Translations under genes and position numbers: made by a program
Source of the DNA: Polyangiaceae bacterium
GTDB lineage: Bacteria; Myxococcota_A; Polyangia; Polyangiales; Polyangiaceae
Direction of reading: 5' to 3'
NCBI GenBank assembly: GCA_033763455.1
Contig: JANRKO010000060.1
Coordinates: forward strand, 64,001-128,000
DNA: 64,000 nt
Part shown: piece by piece, positions 29,501 through 39,082 of the stretch
Layout of the letters: each line of letters begins with the position of its first letter
Numbering within the stretch: position 1 is the stretch's first letter
The notes under the pieces: generated by a model
The model's database searches: none
What the model saw: only the letters and a program-made list of their open reading frames with translations
What the model was told of the DNA's origin: nothing

Positions 29501-30737
29501 AAGCGTATTGGCTGTGCCACTCGTTGCACACGGTCAGAAGTTGGGTGTTGTGTACCTAGACGATCGGATTAAGCGGGGTGCGTTTGGTCCTCAAGAGTTA
29601 GGCTGGGTGCGGGTTATTGCAAGCCTCGCGGCGATAGCGCTGGGCGATATGCGCGCGGAGCTCTTGTTGCGGCGTTCACTCCGGCGCGCGTCACGTGCTG
29701 AAGCGCGTGTGCGTTCTGAGTTAGGTCGGCGTGAAGCGGAGTTGGAGGTCGCTCAACGTGAGTTGGCACAGGCACACAACGGACGTAACACGCGCTATGC
29801 GTATGACGCGATAGTGGGGGAAAGCGAACCCATCGTGCGGCTTCTCAGTTTGATTGACCGAGTTGCAGGTTCGGACATTCCTGTGCTTGTGTTGGGTGAA
29901 TCCGGAACCGGTAAGGAACTGGTAGCGCGCGCCCTTCATTCGAATAGCCCGAGAGCGAGCGGCCCCTACGTGTCCGAGAACTGCTCGGCCATCCCGGAAA
30001 CTTTGCTGGAATCAGCCCTATTTGGCCATGTTCGGGGTGCTTTTACGGGCGCCAGCCACACACGCGCGGGCCTATTCGATGCGGCGGATGGAGGCACGCT
30101 CTTTCTTGATGAAGTTGCCGAAATGAGCCTTGGGATGCAGACCAAGTTGCTGCGAGTGTTGGAAGATGGCCTGGTAAAACCGGTGGGTTCCGAGCGAACA
30201 CGTAAGGTGAACGTGCGAGTGCTTGCGGCCACCCATCGCGATCTCGAAGCTCGCGTTGAATCCGGAGCCTTTCGAAAGGATCTTTACTATCGCTTGAATG
30301 TGGTGACGCTAAAGGTCCCCGCGTTGCGGGAGCGTCCGGGCGATGTTGCGCTACTGATTAAGCATTTTATCGCGCAGTATTCTCCTGAAAAGCATCGCCG
30401 CCTATCGCGCGGCGCCGAAGGAGCTCTGCTCGCTTACCCGTGGCCCGGCAATGTGCGCCAGCTACAGAATGAGATCCGCCGTGCGCTGCTCATGGCCGAT
30501 GATACTATCGAGCTCTCGCACCTCAGCCCACAGATTATCGGCACCGCGCCAAGCGACGTCGCCGGTGCTGATTCCGTAAACTTGAAGGTACGCGTGGACG
30601 CGATGGAGCGACAACTCGTGACGTTGGCGCTCGAACGCACGGGCGGAAACCAGACGCGGGCCGCGGAGATGCTCGGCGTATCGCGCTTTGGCCTCCAAAA
30701 AATGCTGAAAAGGCTCGAAATTGAAGCCAAAAATTGA
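26517..30737 (+). CDS. Sigma54-dependent enhancer-binding protein with N-terminal Ser/Thr kinase, TPR-like region, GAF, AAA+ and Fis-type HTH
   Basis: [33 protein letters not shown]-like SVLAVPL...GVVYLD; GESGTGKE, GAFTGA, LFLDEV, RKDLYYRL, WPGNVRQL; GGNQTRAAEMLGVSR. Confidence 0.93.
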   Translation: MSTLLTVAGRTLRVLEHVGQGATSIVFRAADVATGAALVLKVARNARDTGAFLNEAERHARVRCPELVPLVGVGRIEGVSAEGPTTVSVLPGGPALLFPWIEGEDLTLSFRPESKYSSVLGPEGALLVAWELGRALDELHEMGQSHGDLKPSNVMLTGNAFVPDTLSVQLIDLGLGVDATERVPRGGTPRYLDPDLLSGRHSGEARARDLFALGLLLAEISEPALAASQDLQQSLRLTSLDSRVQTLVGPLVRSSPSARPSARWVWQRAGQMLGRAQSVESIRAWRRRRARAAYLKARASDLSVVWGTRPELQVSTLETEWLADFLSISAQVGSFSETPRGAQLKLHELNGTGLTAFLVHLIGPVASDWPVGLLGPVPAALERVRALLDEYEPAQLTFAMLQPNRVLSSVTPPASFPTAEGLGKAEERLVSMTLELSDPGKAWAALTLAELTIAAGQAPPALVALTATRLRQVGQLGRALVLTEESRVIRDQVFAAETYRRARDPKKAEAIADRIRGSGVALSVDELAQLSATSARILLDRGELEAAFLLIDSAPPLSVVWETRAQIEVARGHVSEALACAERAKASARSDEELARAEAVLGFAAHQAGNSDLELLAYQRASEYAARAGAVIEEAHYLTGVAAASVQVGAYEHAQKSARRARLLFDWSERGAQAARAAQAEAAVFAALGAREEAEDCAREAEQRAKLAGDVLCRAYVHLTLSDVHASGRRGREHAERAQQLFGEKSSPADSVRVAARLLRHGAPVAISSVDSLALNCGAVDALFEWWGARAQDCAKRRDVPVGALVVTELLGLSAKRAPAAVRGPSLVAGAHLASELGDGDAARRLFAGANEAARQVLAAAPESLRARIEALDWIQRCQTVGERALLPEQLSDVEGLIRALGGRENRRLLFERILDMLVLWTGVERALLLLPAPNGKLMVRAARNLARHDLEGAQLELSRSLAQRALDEGAPVVAVDAQFDLPEVHASVHALKLRSVLAVPLVAHGQKLGVVYLDDRIKRGAFGPQELGWVRVIASLAAIALGDMRAELLLRRSLRRASRAEARVRSELGRREAELEVAQRELAQAHNGRNTRYAYDAIVGESEPIVRLLSLIDRVAGSDIPVLVLGESGTGKELVARALHSNSPRASGPYVSENCSAIPETLLESALFGHVRGAFTGASHTRAGLFDAADGGTLFLDEVAEMSLGMQTKLLRVLEDGLVKPVGSERTRKVNVRVLAATHRDLEARVESGAFRKDLYYRLNVVTLKVPALRERPGDVALLIKHFIAQYSPEKHRRLSRGAEGALLAYPWPGNVRQLQNEIRRALLMADDTIELSHLSPQIIGTAPSDVAGADSVNLKVRVDAMERQLVTLALERTGGNQTRAAEMLGVSRFGLQKMLKRLEIEAKN

Positions 30738-30814
30738 TGCCAACGTGTGGAGCCCGATGGGGCGAGAGTGGCTTTTGCGAGTGAGGTGCTTAGGATGTGC
30801 ACCGTGTTGTCAGC

Positions 30815-31429
30815 TCAAGCGTGCAAAATTTGGCTGATAGCTTCACGCTCGGCGGAATCTAAATTGGGCGTGAAACGCACAATGCGTTCCAGGATCTCTT
30901 GCGCTAAGGATTCGGTGCTCGCAAGGGAACTGTTGGCAGGTGTGGGCAAGGCTTCCGTAGTGGACGAACCTTCAGGCTGCTCCTCTGCCTGTCGCGCAAA
31001 ATACGCGAAGGCGCAACTCAAGTGGATAAAACCAATTGGCTGAAAGCGCGATTCTTCGAGGAGCTGCAGGGCAATACGCAGGCTGCCTTTCTCCATCAGC
31101 TCCTTGCAGTGCCGGCAGCGTGCACGCCCACTGGGGTCACGCTCCCCGCGACAGATGCGCGCGAGCCGTGGAAACTGAACGCCCGCCTCTGCAAGCCGTT
31201 CTAAGGTGGCCCGCTCTGGTAGTTCGCCCTCGTGCACCTTCAGCAACTGTGAGAACTTCTCGGGGCGCATGCAGGCCGCGCAGACAGGGTGAAACCACAG
31301 ACGTGATTCGCCCTCACCATATGCATTGGGCACGGCTTCGCCAAAGCGTAGCGAGCCCTTTTCGATCACCGTGCCGCAGCCGCGGCACTTCGCCCTCCCG
31401 CTCGGGGCGGCTTCAACAATGTCAGGCAT
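30815..31429 (-). CDS. Protein with two tandem PARP-type zinc fingers
   Basis: IVEAAPSGRAKCRGC...IEKGSLR...WFHPVC and ERDPSGRARCRHC...MEKGSLR...FIHLSC (CxxC...HxxC). The ATG at 31429 overlaps the upstream stop (ATGCCTGA). Confidence 0.85.
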   Translation of the reverse strand: MPDIVEAAPSGRAKCRGCGTVIEKGSLRFGEAVPNAYGEGESRLWFHPVCAACMRPEKFSQLLKVHEGELPERATLERLAEAGVQFPRLARICRGERDPSGRARCRHCKELMEKGSLRIALQLLEESRFQPIGFIHLSCAFAYFARQAEEQPEGSSTTEALPTPANSSLASTESLAQEILERIVRFTPNLDSAEREAISQILHA

Positions 31430-32408
31430 CTTTGGGTGCTTCGTTGAGAAAACAGCGGCTTTCGCCGGAAGAAACTGGGTAAAGCTGTGGCATTTCCTGT
31501 GAGCAACGAGCGAACGCTTTGGGGCAACGAGTGTGAAAGCGGCACCCGGAAGGCGGGTGCGCAGGGGAGGGGACATCTCCCAGTAGGCGTATTCTCTTCT
31601 TATGACCGAGTGGATCCCTACTCGGCACAGCTGCCAGTAGCGACTCGGTGTAGGGGTGGGTTGAGTGATCAAGGACATCGCCGGCGGAACCGGTTTCGAC
31701 GATTTGCCCGAGGTACATCACTGCAATGCGATCAGCCATGTAGCGCACCACGCCGAGATCGTGGGTAATGAACAGATAGGTGAGGCCAAATTCTCTCTGC
31801 AGATCTTTCAGCAGATTCAGGATCTGTGCCTGTACCGAAACATCCAGCGCCGACACCGCTTCGTCGCAGACGATGAGCCGTGGGCGCACCGCCAGCGCTC
31901 GCGCGATACACACGCGCTGCCGCTGACCGCCCGATAGTTCATGCGGGTAGCGGTTGCGCATGCTTGGAGCAAGCCCCACTTGAGCCATGAGATCACATAC
32001 GCGGCGCACACGCTGCTTTGAATTGAAGCGCTCGTGAAGAATGAGAGGCTCCGCGATCGATGCTTCTAGGGTCAGCCTGGGATTGAGGCTCGCGTCAGGA
32101 TCCTGAAAGATCATCTGAATGTCGCGGCACCGAGCGTCGCGGGCTCGCGAGCCTAACGGGCCGAGCTCGTGACCCTCGAATAGAACTGTACCTGCGGTTG
32201 GCGGCTGCAGCCCGACGAGCGCGCGGGCCAAGGTCGACTTCCCGCAGCCAGACTCACCGACGAGCGCCAGGGTTTCGTTTTCCCGGACATCGAGCGTGAT
32301 TCCGTCCACTGCGCGGACTGGCCCGCTCGGCCCCGGGAAATGTACCGAGAGAGCTGCGGCGCGGAGGAGCGGCGGCCGCGTAGTTAGGTTGGCAGGCGAG
32401 GGGATCAT
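31422..32408 (-). CDS. oppF: Oligopeptide ABC transporter ATP-binding protein (OppF-like)
   Basis: [49 protein letters not shown]. Start at the ATGA overlap, 32408. Confidence 0.9.
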   Translation of the reverse strand: MIPSPANLTTRPPLLRAAALSVHFPGPSGPVRAVDGITLDVRENETLALVGESGCGKSTLARALVGLQPPTAGTVLFEGHELGPLGSRARDARCRDIQMIFQDPDASLNPRLTLEASIAEPLILHERFNSKQRVRRVCDLMAQVGLAPSMRNRYPHELSGGQRQRVCIARALAVRPRLIVCDEAVSALDVSVQAQILNLLKDLQREFGLTYLFITHDLGVVRYMADRIAVMYLGQIVETGSAGDVLDHSTHPYTESLLAAVPSRDPLGHKKRIRLLGDVPSPAHPPSGCRFHTRCPKAFARCSQEMPQLYPVSSGESRCFLNEAPKDA

Positions 32409-33385
32409 TCGAGCTCCTCCCGCCGCAACACACACCTGTGCGCGTGGCGCCCTGAGAGCATTTCCAGGCGGGGCTCTTCCCGACGACACTCCTCCCGCAC
32501 AAGGGCGCACCGCGGGGCAAATGAGCACTCCGAAAATCCCCCGCGATCGAGCCTTGGTGGCATGCCCTCGATACTTTCTAGCCGCTCGCCATGGCGATGC
32601 TCCAGCCGCGGCGCACTTTCTAGAAGTGCTCTTGTGTACGGATGCAGGGGGCTTGCGAAAAGCTCTTTGCACGGAGCCTGCTCAAGCACACGCCCCGCGT
32701 ACATGATCAGGATCTGATCCGCGGTATCGGCCACAACCCCTAGATCGTGAGTAATCAAAATGATCGATAACTTGCGCTCGGCCTTGAGCTCTAGCAGAAG
32801 ATCCAGAATCTGAGCTTGAATCGTGACGTCTAGGGCCGTCGTGGGTTCGTCTGCGATCAAAAGATCTGGATCGCACAAGAGCGCCATGGCGATCATCACC
32901 CGTTGCCGCATTCCGCCGCTCAACTCGTGAGGGTAGCTCTTGATACGATTCTTTGCGTCGCCGATGCGCACTTGATCTAGCAAACGCACCGCCCTCTGCA
33001 CGGCCTCGGCCTTTGAGAGGCCAAGGTGCAACATGGGTACCTCGGTGAGCTGATCTTCCAGCGTGAGATAGGGATTCAGGCTGGTCATCGGATCCTGAAA
33101 GATCATAGAAATCCTTCGACCTCGAATCTTCTGCAGCACCTGCTCGGACGCATGAGCGAGATCTTGACCTTGGAAGACAATGCTTCCAGCTACAATGCGT
33201 CCGTGAGGTTCGGGCAGGAGGCCCAAAATGCTGAGGCAGGTGGCGCTCTTGCCACAGCCTGATTCGCCAACAAGCCCGAGAACCTCCCCTTCGGCAAGCT
33301 CAAAACTCACTCGGTCGACAGCGCGCACCGTTGCGCGTTGGGAGCGAAACTCTGTCGTGAGTTCGGAGACAGACAGAAGTGCCAT
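32405..33385 (-). CDS. oppD: Oligopeptide ABC transporter ATP-binding protein (OppD-like)
   Basis: [41 protein letters not shown]. Confidence 0.92.
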   Translation of the reverse strand: MALLSVSELTTEFRSQRATVRAVDRVSFELAEGEVLGLVGESGCGKSATCLSILGLLPEPHGRIVAGSIVFQGQDLAHASEQVLQKIRGRRISMIFQDPMTSLNPYLTLEDQLTEVPMLHLGLSKAEAVQRAVRLLDQVRIGDAKNRIKSYPHELSGGMRQRVMIAMALLCDPDLLIADEPTTALDVTIQAQILDLLLELKAERKLSIILITHDLGVVADTADQILIMYAGRVLEQAPCKELFASPLHPYTRALLESAPRLEHRHGERLESIEGMPPRLDRGGFSECSFAPRCALVREECRREEPRLEMLSGRHAHRCVLRREELE

Positions 33386-34293
33386 TACGGTGTCCTTGAT
33401 TTGGGATCCAGCGCATCTCGCAGCCCATCACCCACAAAATTGAGGCTGAAGAGTGTGAGCCCTAGGAGTGAACCTGGCCATACGAGCAACCACCAATACG
33501 AGCGAATCGGATTCACTACGCTCACCCCCTCCGAAATGAGCTGGCCCCATGAGAGCTTCACGCCTAGGCCAAGAAACGAAAGAAAGGATTCCAGAATAAT
33601 CACCGACGGCACAGTGAGTGTTGCATAAACTAGGATCACACCGAGAGCGTTGGGGAGGAGGTGGACAAGAATAATGCGCGGCCCCCGGGCTCCGAGGAGC
33701 TTGGCAGCTAGAACAAATTCACGTCGGCGCAAGGTGAGAACTTGGCCGCGGATCACACGAGCTATCGTGAGCCATTCCACAAGGCCCAGGGCAAGGAACA
33801 CAGGTAGAGCTTCACCGCGCGCTGTTTCCGCGAACATCAACATGATGATGATCACCAAAAACATGTATGGAACTCCGTACAGGAAGTCGACGAGGCGCAT
33901 CATCACGTCGTCCACTTTCCCGCCGTAATATCCAGCGATGGCGCCGTAGAGAACTCCCACCAACACCGAAGCCAGCGTTGCTGCGAGGCCCACTAGCAGC
34001 GATGTTTGGCCTCCCACCAAAACCTGCGCAAGGAAGTCCCGCCCGAGGCTATCTGTGCCAAACCAATGTTCGGCGGAGGGCGGTAGCTTTTGTCGAACTG
34101 GATCTGTCGTATCTGGATCTAGGCCAAGAAAAGGTGGGAGGGCAAAGCACGCGAAACCAATAAGGGCGAGCAAGACAGCTCCCAACACAGCTAATCGATT
34201 TTGCCGTAGGCGGCGCCACGCGTCGCTACCCAGACTTCGCCCGGGCTCCGGCTCCACCATGCTGGCTCTGGGGTCCTCAGCGAACGCAGTCAT
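33385..34293 (-). CDS. oppC: Oligopeptide ABC transporter permease (OppC-like)
   Basis: [43 protein letters not shown]. Start at the ATGA overlap, 34293. Confidence 0.92.
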   Translation of the reverse strand: MTAFAEDPRASMVEPEPGRSLGSDAWRRLRQNRLAVLGAVLLALIGFACFALPPFLGLDPDTTDPVRQKLPPSAEHWFGTDSLGRDFLAQVLVGGQTSLLVGLAATLASVLVGVLYGAIAGYYGGKVDDVMMRLVDFLYGVPYMFLVIIIMLMFAETARGEALPVFLALGLVEWLTIARVIRGQVLTLRRREFVLAAKLLGARGPRIILVHLLPNALGVILVYATLTVPSVIILESFLSFLGLGVKLSWGQLISEGVSVVNPIRSYWWLLVWPGSLLGLTLFSLNFVGDGLRDALDPKSRTP

Positions 34294-35405
34294 AGGGTTC
34301 CCCTCACCCGCGGATCGAGCCAAGCGTACGCCAGATCCACGGCCAAGTTGAAGCAAGTAACCAGCGTTGTGTAGACAATCGCTGTGCCCAGCACGACCGA
34401 GTAGTCTCGATTCACGGCGCCCTTCACGAACCACTGCCCCATTCCGGGTACGCCAAAGAGAGTCTCTACAACGAACGAGCCGGTCATGATCCCAGCGGCT
34501 GCAGGCCCGAGGAATGACACCACCGGCAAGAGTGCGCCCTTGAGAGCGTGTTTGAGCACGATGATCTTGTGAGGCAACCCTTTGGCGCGCGCCGTTCGGA
34601 TGAAGTCCTGCTGCATGACCTCAATGGTGCCCCCGCGGGCAAGGCGAGCAATATAGGCTGCATAAGGCAGGGCCAGTGTGAAGGAGGGCATCAAAAGGTG
34701 CTGGTAGCTCCCCCAGCCTGCGACGGGTAGCCAGCCCAGACCAAGTGAGAAGAGGATGATAAGCAGCGCTCCGATGACGAAATTGGGCAGGGAGATCCCC
34801 AGCAGCGCAAGGGCCATGCTGCTGTAGTCCGCTGCGGAATTGGGACGCAGCCCCGCACGCACACCAAGCGTTAACCCAATGGCGCAAGCAAACACGAGGG
34901 CTAGTAGCCCAAGAGCGATACTAACCGGAAGCGCAGGCCCGATAAGGGCTTCCACGGAGCGCCCAGAGACCTTGATGGAAGGCCCGAGGGTGCCTTCGAA
35001 TAACAGGCGCCGCATGTAAATCATGAAAAACTCGGTGGCATTAGCCGGCACGCCGTAATGAGCTCGAAGTGCGGCTTCAACTTCAGGCGATGCCACCTTC
35101 TCTGCCGCGAAGGGATTGCCCGGAGCGCGGTACATAAGAAGCGTTGTGGTGAAAATGAGGAGCACTAAGGATGGGACGAGAAACGCAATACGCCGCAGGA
35201 CCCTAAGTGGTGCGAAGCGAAAGGCGAGAGCGCTCCCCACGATAGCCAGACTCCCGCCGACGGCCGTGCCCCAAGCCGCGCGGCCGCCGACAAACAGCAG
35301 CCCAGCGAGCAGGATGGGCGCCACAATCCTTGCCGAACGGGGCCCGAGCCAAGCCGTACTTGCGAGAGCGGCAAACCCAAAAATGAGCGCCAGCGCTTCG
35401 ATCAT
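34290..35405 (-). CDS. oppB: Oligopeptide ABC transporter permease (OppB-like) with extra N-terminal TM helices
   Basis: APGNPF, DFIRTARAKGL, GSFVVETLFGVPGMG, NRDYSVVLG, YAWLDPRV. Confidence 0.92.
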   Translation of the reverse strand: MIEALALIFGFAALASTAWLGPRSARIVAPILLAGLLFVGGRAAWGTAVGGSLAIVGSALAFRFAPLRVLRRIAFLVPSLVLLIFTTTLLMYRAPGNPFAAEKVASPEVEAALRAHYGVPANATEFFMIYMRRLLFEGTLGPSIKVSGRSVEALIGPALPVSIALGLLALVFACAIGLTLGVRAGLRPNSAADYSSMALALLGISLPNFVIGALLIILFSLGLGWLPVAGWGSYQHLLMPSFTLALPYAAYIARLARGGTIEVMQQDFIRTARAKGLPHKIIVLKHALKGALLPVVSFLGPAAAGIMTGSFVVETLFGVPGMGQWFVKGAVNRDYSVVLGTAIVYTTLVTCFNLAVDLAYAWLDPRVRGTL

Positions 35406-37417
35406 TGAGCGGCTCCGCGTTCTACCCAGATGTCTCGCAGTGGGTGCAAATCTTTCAGGTTGGGGGCACGGGTTCCATCGGGTAGCTCTATCTGAGAATA
35501 GAACCCGCGGAGCGTGGGCTTGACCAAGCCAGATACAACGTAGAAGTACACGGGCATGATCGGGAATTCATCTTGGACTAAGATGGCTTCGGCTTCACGA
35601 AGAAGCTGCATGCGGATCCTGCCCCAAGCTTGGGCCTTTTCTGCTCCCGTACCCATCTTCGCGGTGTTCAGCTCACGCCGTACATTTTCGGGCTCTTTGA
35701 GGTGAGTCAGCAGTGGTTCCGGGTTGGCCAGGAACGGATCCGGATTTGAGGCGAACGCGATCAGCTGATCGTAGACGGGCGAACTAAAGCCCGTTTGGTT
35801 GTTGCCTCCGTTGGTGACCCACATATCCAGGAACGTATTGGGATCGCTGTAATCACCCACCCATCCGGCGCGGGCAATATCGTAGGACTGGCTTCGCGTG
35901 GCTGAGATGTAGGACTGCCATTCCTGATTGTACGCCTTCGCCTGCACGCCAAGGTTTCTCCGCAACTGATCCGCGACGACTTCAGCGATCTTCTTGTGCA
36001 TTTCCATCGTGTTGTACAGAATCCCAACTTCAGGGAAGCCTTTGCCCTCGGGAAAACCCGCCTCCGCGAGCAGACGCTGGGCGAGCGCGACATCTTTTGC
36101 GATCTTGCTCAGTGGCGGCTGGTAGCCGGGCATTCCCGGAGGCACGAAGCTGGTTGCTGGAATTTGCCCGAGCCCCAGAACTTGTTCGACGATGAGCTTG
36201 CGATCGATCGCCAGGTTGAAAGCGTGCCGGACGCGAACGTCAGTAAACGGCTTCTTCGTGTTGTTGAAGCGGTAATAATAGACCACAAGACCGGGATTGC
36301 TGTAGAAATCCGGCCGCTTTCTCAAGTCTCTAACCAAATCCGTTGGGTAGTTGCTGGGAAGCCAGTCGGCTTCACCCGTTAGGTACATGTTCAAGGAAGT
36401 GGTGGCGGACTCGGTCGGAAGCGCATCGACGGCCTGCACTCGCACTTCGTTGCGACCCCAGTAGCTCGGGCTCTTGGTGAGGCGAATGCGTTCGTTCACC
36501 CGCCAGCTTGAGAGTAGGAAGGGGCCGTTGCTCACAATTTTTTCGGGGAGAAACCAGTCCTTGTCATTCCCCGCTTGCTCGATGACGGAACGCGGCACCG
36601 GCATGGTCGAATAAAACGAGGTGATTTCGAGAAAATAGGGAGTTGGAGCGGTGAGCTCAACCACCAGTGTGTGAGCGTTGAGTGCATAAACCCCAGCGTT
36701 CTTTCCAAACTTCTGCCGCGCCTCGGCGCTCTTTTCCAGCAGGCGACCCGCCTCGATCTCGAGTGCTCGCGAAAAGGCTCTTACCTGCTCGGGGGTGACT
36801 CGACCCGTTTTAATAGTGAGCAGGTCGCGGATCTCGGCGTGTTCTGTGAACTTGAGCGGCCCGTGTGCATCCGCATCGGCCAGGAAGAGCTGCCACTCCT
36901 GTGCTCCGATCTCCTGGTTTTTCTTGACCAGCGATGAGACCTTCGCTTGGAGGGGCCCTCGGATAGCTTCCGCGTAGGACTTGTAGGCATTGAAGGCTTC
37001 GGCGTAACGGACGGGGAATAGAATATAGGCGTATTCACTTCCCAAAGCGGGCTCAACCAGGCGTTTCCAAGAGTAGACAAAGTCGTCCGCGATGAGGGGT
37101 TGCCCGTTCGACCATTTCGCGTCGGCACGCAGGTGGAAGGTGTACGTCTTCAGATCTGGCGAAAGTTCCCAGCTTTCGGCAACGCCGGGGGCAGCCTCAA
37201 GCGTTTTCGGATCTCGCCGCGTAAGACCTTCGAAGACGGCTGAGATAATTCTTCCTTCCGGCTCCCCCGTTGCGAGCTGCGGATCTAGCGTTTTCGGCTC
37301 AGCTCCATTGATAAAACGATAATCTGGGATGGCGTCATGCGATGCCGAGAATGTGAGCCCCACGAGCAGTAACGCTGCCGCAAACATCAGAAGGACGCTG
37401 AACAGGGTGCGGTACAT
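35402..37417 (-). CDS. oppA: Oligopeptide ABC transporter substrate-binding protein (OppA-like, family 5)
   Basis: NGAEPKTLDP, PGVAESW...YTFHLR...WSNG, VSNGPF, RAGWVGDY, N-terminal hydrophobic anchor; carries helical insertions. Confidence 0.92.
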   Translation of the reverse strand: MYRTLFSVLLMFAAALLLVGLTFSASHDAIPDYRFINGAEPKTLDPQLATGEPEGRIISAVFEGLTRRDPKTLEAAPGVAESWELSPDLKTYTFHLRADAKWSNGQPLIADDFVYSWKRLVEPALGSEYAYILFPVRYAEAFNAYKSYAEAIRGPLQAKVSSLVKKNQEIGAQEWQLFLADADAHGPLKFTEHAEIRDLLTIKTGRVTPEQVRAFSRALEIEAGRLLEKSAEARQKFGKNAGVYALNAHTLVVELTAPTPYFLEITSFYSTMPVPRSVIEQAGNDKDWFLPEKIVSNGPFLLSSWRVNERIRLTKSPSYWGRNEVRVQAVDALPTESATTSLNMYLTGEADWLPSNYPTDLVRDLRKRPDFYSNPGLVVYYYRFNNTKKPFTDVRVRHAFNLAIDRKLIVEQVLGLGQIPATSFVPPGMPGYQPPLSKIAKDVALAQRLLAEAGFPEGKGFPEVGILYNTMEMHKKIAEVVADQLRRNLGVQAKAYNQEWQSYISATRSQSYDIARAGWVGDYSDPNTFLDMWVTNGGNNQTGFSSPVYDQLIAFASNPDPFLANPEPLLTHLKEPENVRRELNTAKMGTGAEKAQAWGRIRMQLLREAEAILVQDEFPIMPVYFYVVSGLVKPTLRGFYSQIELPDGTRAPNLKDLHPLRDIWVERGAAQ

Positions 37418-37420
37418 TCC

Positions 37421-39082
37421 TCAAAGGCCTTCCTGAGCGGAGCCGATATCGTCGCCACTTGGTTGCTGGTCGGGGCCGAAGGTGCCAAGCGAAAATTTCT
37501 GTTTCGACTCTGGCTGGGCGCGATACCGCCACCGGTTTCCCCAAGGATCCACCGGTGTGCCGTCTGGAAAGACGCCGTAGAGACGAAACCCAAGGTCAGT
37601 GAGTTGCCGGGGAAGTTCACCGGTATGGCGCGAGTAGCTGAGAATTTCAGCTCGAAGCGTTTCGAATTGACGTTGAGCCTCGCGCTTCTGGAGGCGAGCT
37701 TTGACCGGAAAAGACAGGGCAACGGCAAGGGCAAGCCCAAGCGCGAGAGGGCGGTAGGCGTTCAGGCGGAAGCGCCGATTAACATCGAGCTGTGCAATAA
37801 ATGCGCAGGCGGCGAGCAACGGACCCCACACCGAGTGCCCGAGGCTCGTGAGCACTGCACCGGACGCGATAGCGGCCCAGTAGATGCCGCGAGCGACCAT
37901 GCGATCCGCAGGCGTGCCCGCGTCGCTCGTGTCGCCAACGGAGGGCGTAGACGGCGCCGTTTGCTCAGTGATGTTAGCTGGATGGACCTGCGGACTTCCG
38001 TTGTCGGTACCCTCGTGGCTGAGGGCGGCAACTTCGGGAGCGGATACGCTGGGCCGTTCGGCCTTCTTGAAGCGGGTTTCGAGCTGCACGAACCAATCAG
38101 GCTCCGAGCTGAGCCCTTCGGCATGCCAGCACTGTGAGTGGTGACCCTTTTCCACTTCGAAGGCGGGCGGCTCCTCAGTCGAACAGCGATCAAATGCGAC
38201 CGGGCAGCGGGTGTGAAAGCGACAACCGGAAGGGGGCCGCAACGCACTTGGGACATCGCCCTCAAGCTCTACGTTCACGATGGCTCGGCGAGGATCTGGC
38301 CACGGCACTGCGGCGAGCAACGCGCGCGAATAGGGATGGGCAGGGCGTGCGAACAGCGCTTCGGTGGGTGCGAGCTCCACGATCTGGCCTAGATACATCA
38401 CAGCAACACGATGGGAGATGAACTTAACGATGGAAAGGTCGTGCGAAATAAACAGGTAAGCAAGCTTTAGCTCTTCACGCAGTTCGATCAGAAGGTTGAT
38501 AACCTGAGCGCGAATCGAGACGTCCAACGCCGATACGGCCTCATCGCACACGATGAGTTTAGGATTCAGGGCGAGAGCGCGTGCGATGCCGATGCGTTGG
38601 CGCTGACCACCGGAAAATTCGTGCGGATACCGGTGCATCCACGAGGGCGCTACGCCTACTTTGCCGAGCAGCGTGCGGACGCGGTTCTCCATGTCCACAC
38701 CCTTCGCCACGCCGTGAACAGCCAGCGCTTCTCCGACAATATCCAGTACGCGCATGCGCGGATTGAGCGAACTGTAGGGGTCTTGGAAGATGATCTGCAT
38801 GTCGCGCCGAAGTGGTCGGAGCTCGTTGGCACTCATGCTTCCGATGTCTTGGCCCTCAAAACGCACCGTGCCATTGGTAGGGTCAAGCAGGCGAAGCAGC
38901 AGCCTGCCAACGGTGCTTTTGCCGCATCCTGATTCGCCCACCAGCGCTAACGTTTCCCCGCGTGCGATCTCGAAGGAAACGCCATCCACGGCACGCACTT
39001 GCCCCACCACGCGACTCAAGAGGCCGCGGGTCACGGGGAAGTGCTTGGCGAGCCCTTCGACACTGAGGAGCGGCTCAGGCAT
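37421..39082 (-). CDS. Peptide ABC transporter ATPase (OppF/DppF-like) fused to TM helices and a C-terminal GspG/T2SSG pseudopilin-like domain
   Basis: Complete OppF-type NBD ([25 protein letters not shown]), then a linker, about 3 hydrophobic segments and YSRHTGELP...[11 protein letters not shown]...[17 protein letters not shown]. Confidence 0.88.
   Translation of the reverse strand: MPEPLLSVEGLAKHFPVTRGLLSRVVGQVRAVDGVSFEIARGETLALVGESGCGKSTVGRLLLRLLDPTNGTVRFEGQDIGSMSANELRPLRRDMQIIFQDPYSSLNPRMRVLDIVGEALAVHGVAKGVDMENRVRTLLGKVGVAPSWMHRYPHEFSGGQRQRIGIARALALNPKLIVCDEAVSALDVSIRAQVINLLIELREELKLAYLFISHDLSIVKFISHRVAVMYLGQIVELAPTEALFARPAHPYSRALLAAVPWPDPRRAIVNVELEGDVPSALRPPSGCRFHTRCPVAFDRCSTEEPPAFEVEKGHHSQCWHAEGLSSEPDWFVQLETRFKKAERPSVSAPEVAALSHEGTDNGSPQVHPANITEQTAPSTPSVGDTSDAGTPADRMVARGIYWAAIASGAVLTSLGHSVWGPLLAACAFIAQLDVNRRFRLNAYRPLALGLALAVALSFPVKARLQKREAQRQFETLRAEILSYSRHTGELPRQLTDLGFRLYGVFPDGTPVDPWGNRWRYRAQPESKQKFSLGTFGPDQQPSGDDIGSAQEGL

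Noticed and set aside
31430..31678. N-terminal extensions given by the ORF track (zf-PARP gene to 31678, oppF to 32672, oppC to 34434, oppD-like to 40220)
   Set aside because: They overlap upstream genes extensively. Internal ATGs overlapping the upstream stop codons give the expected domain starts.
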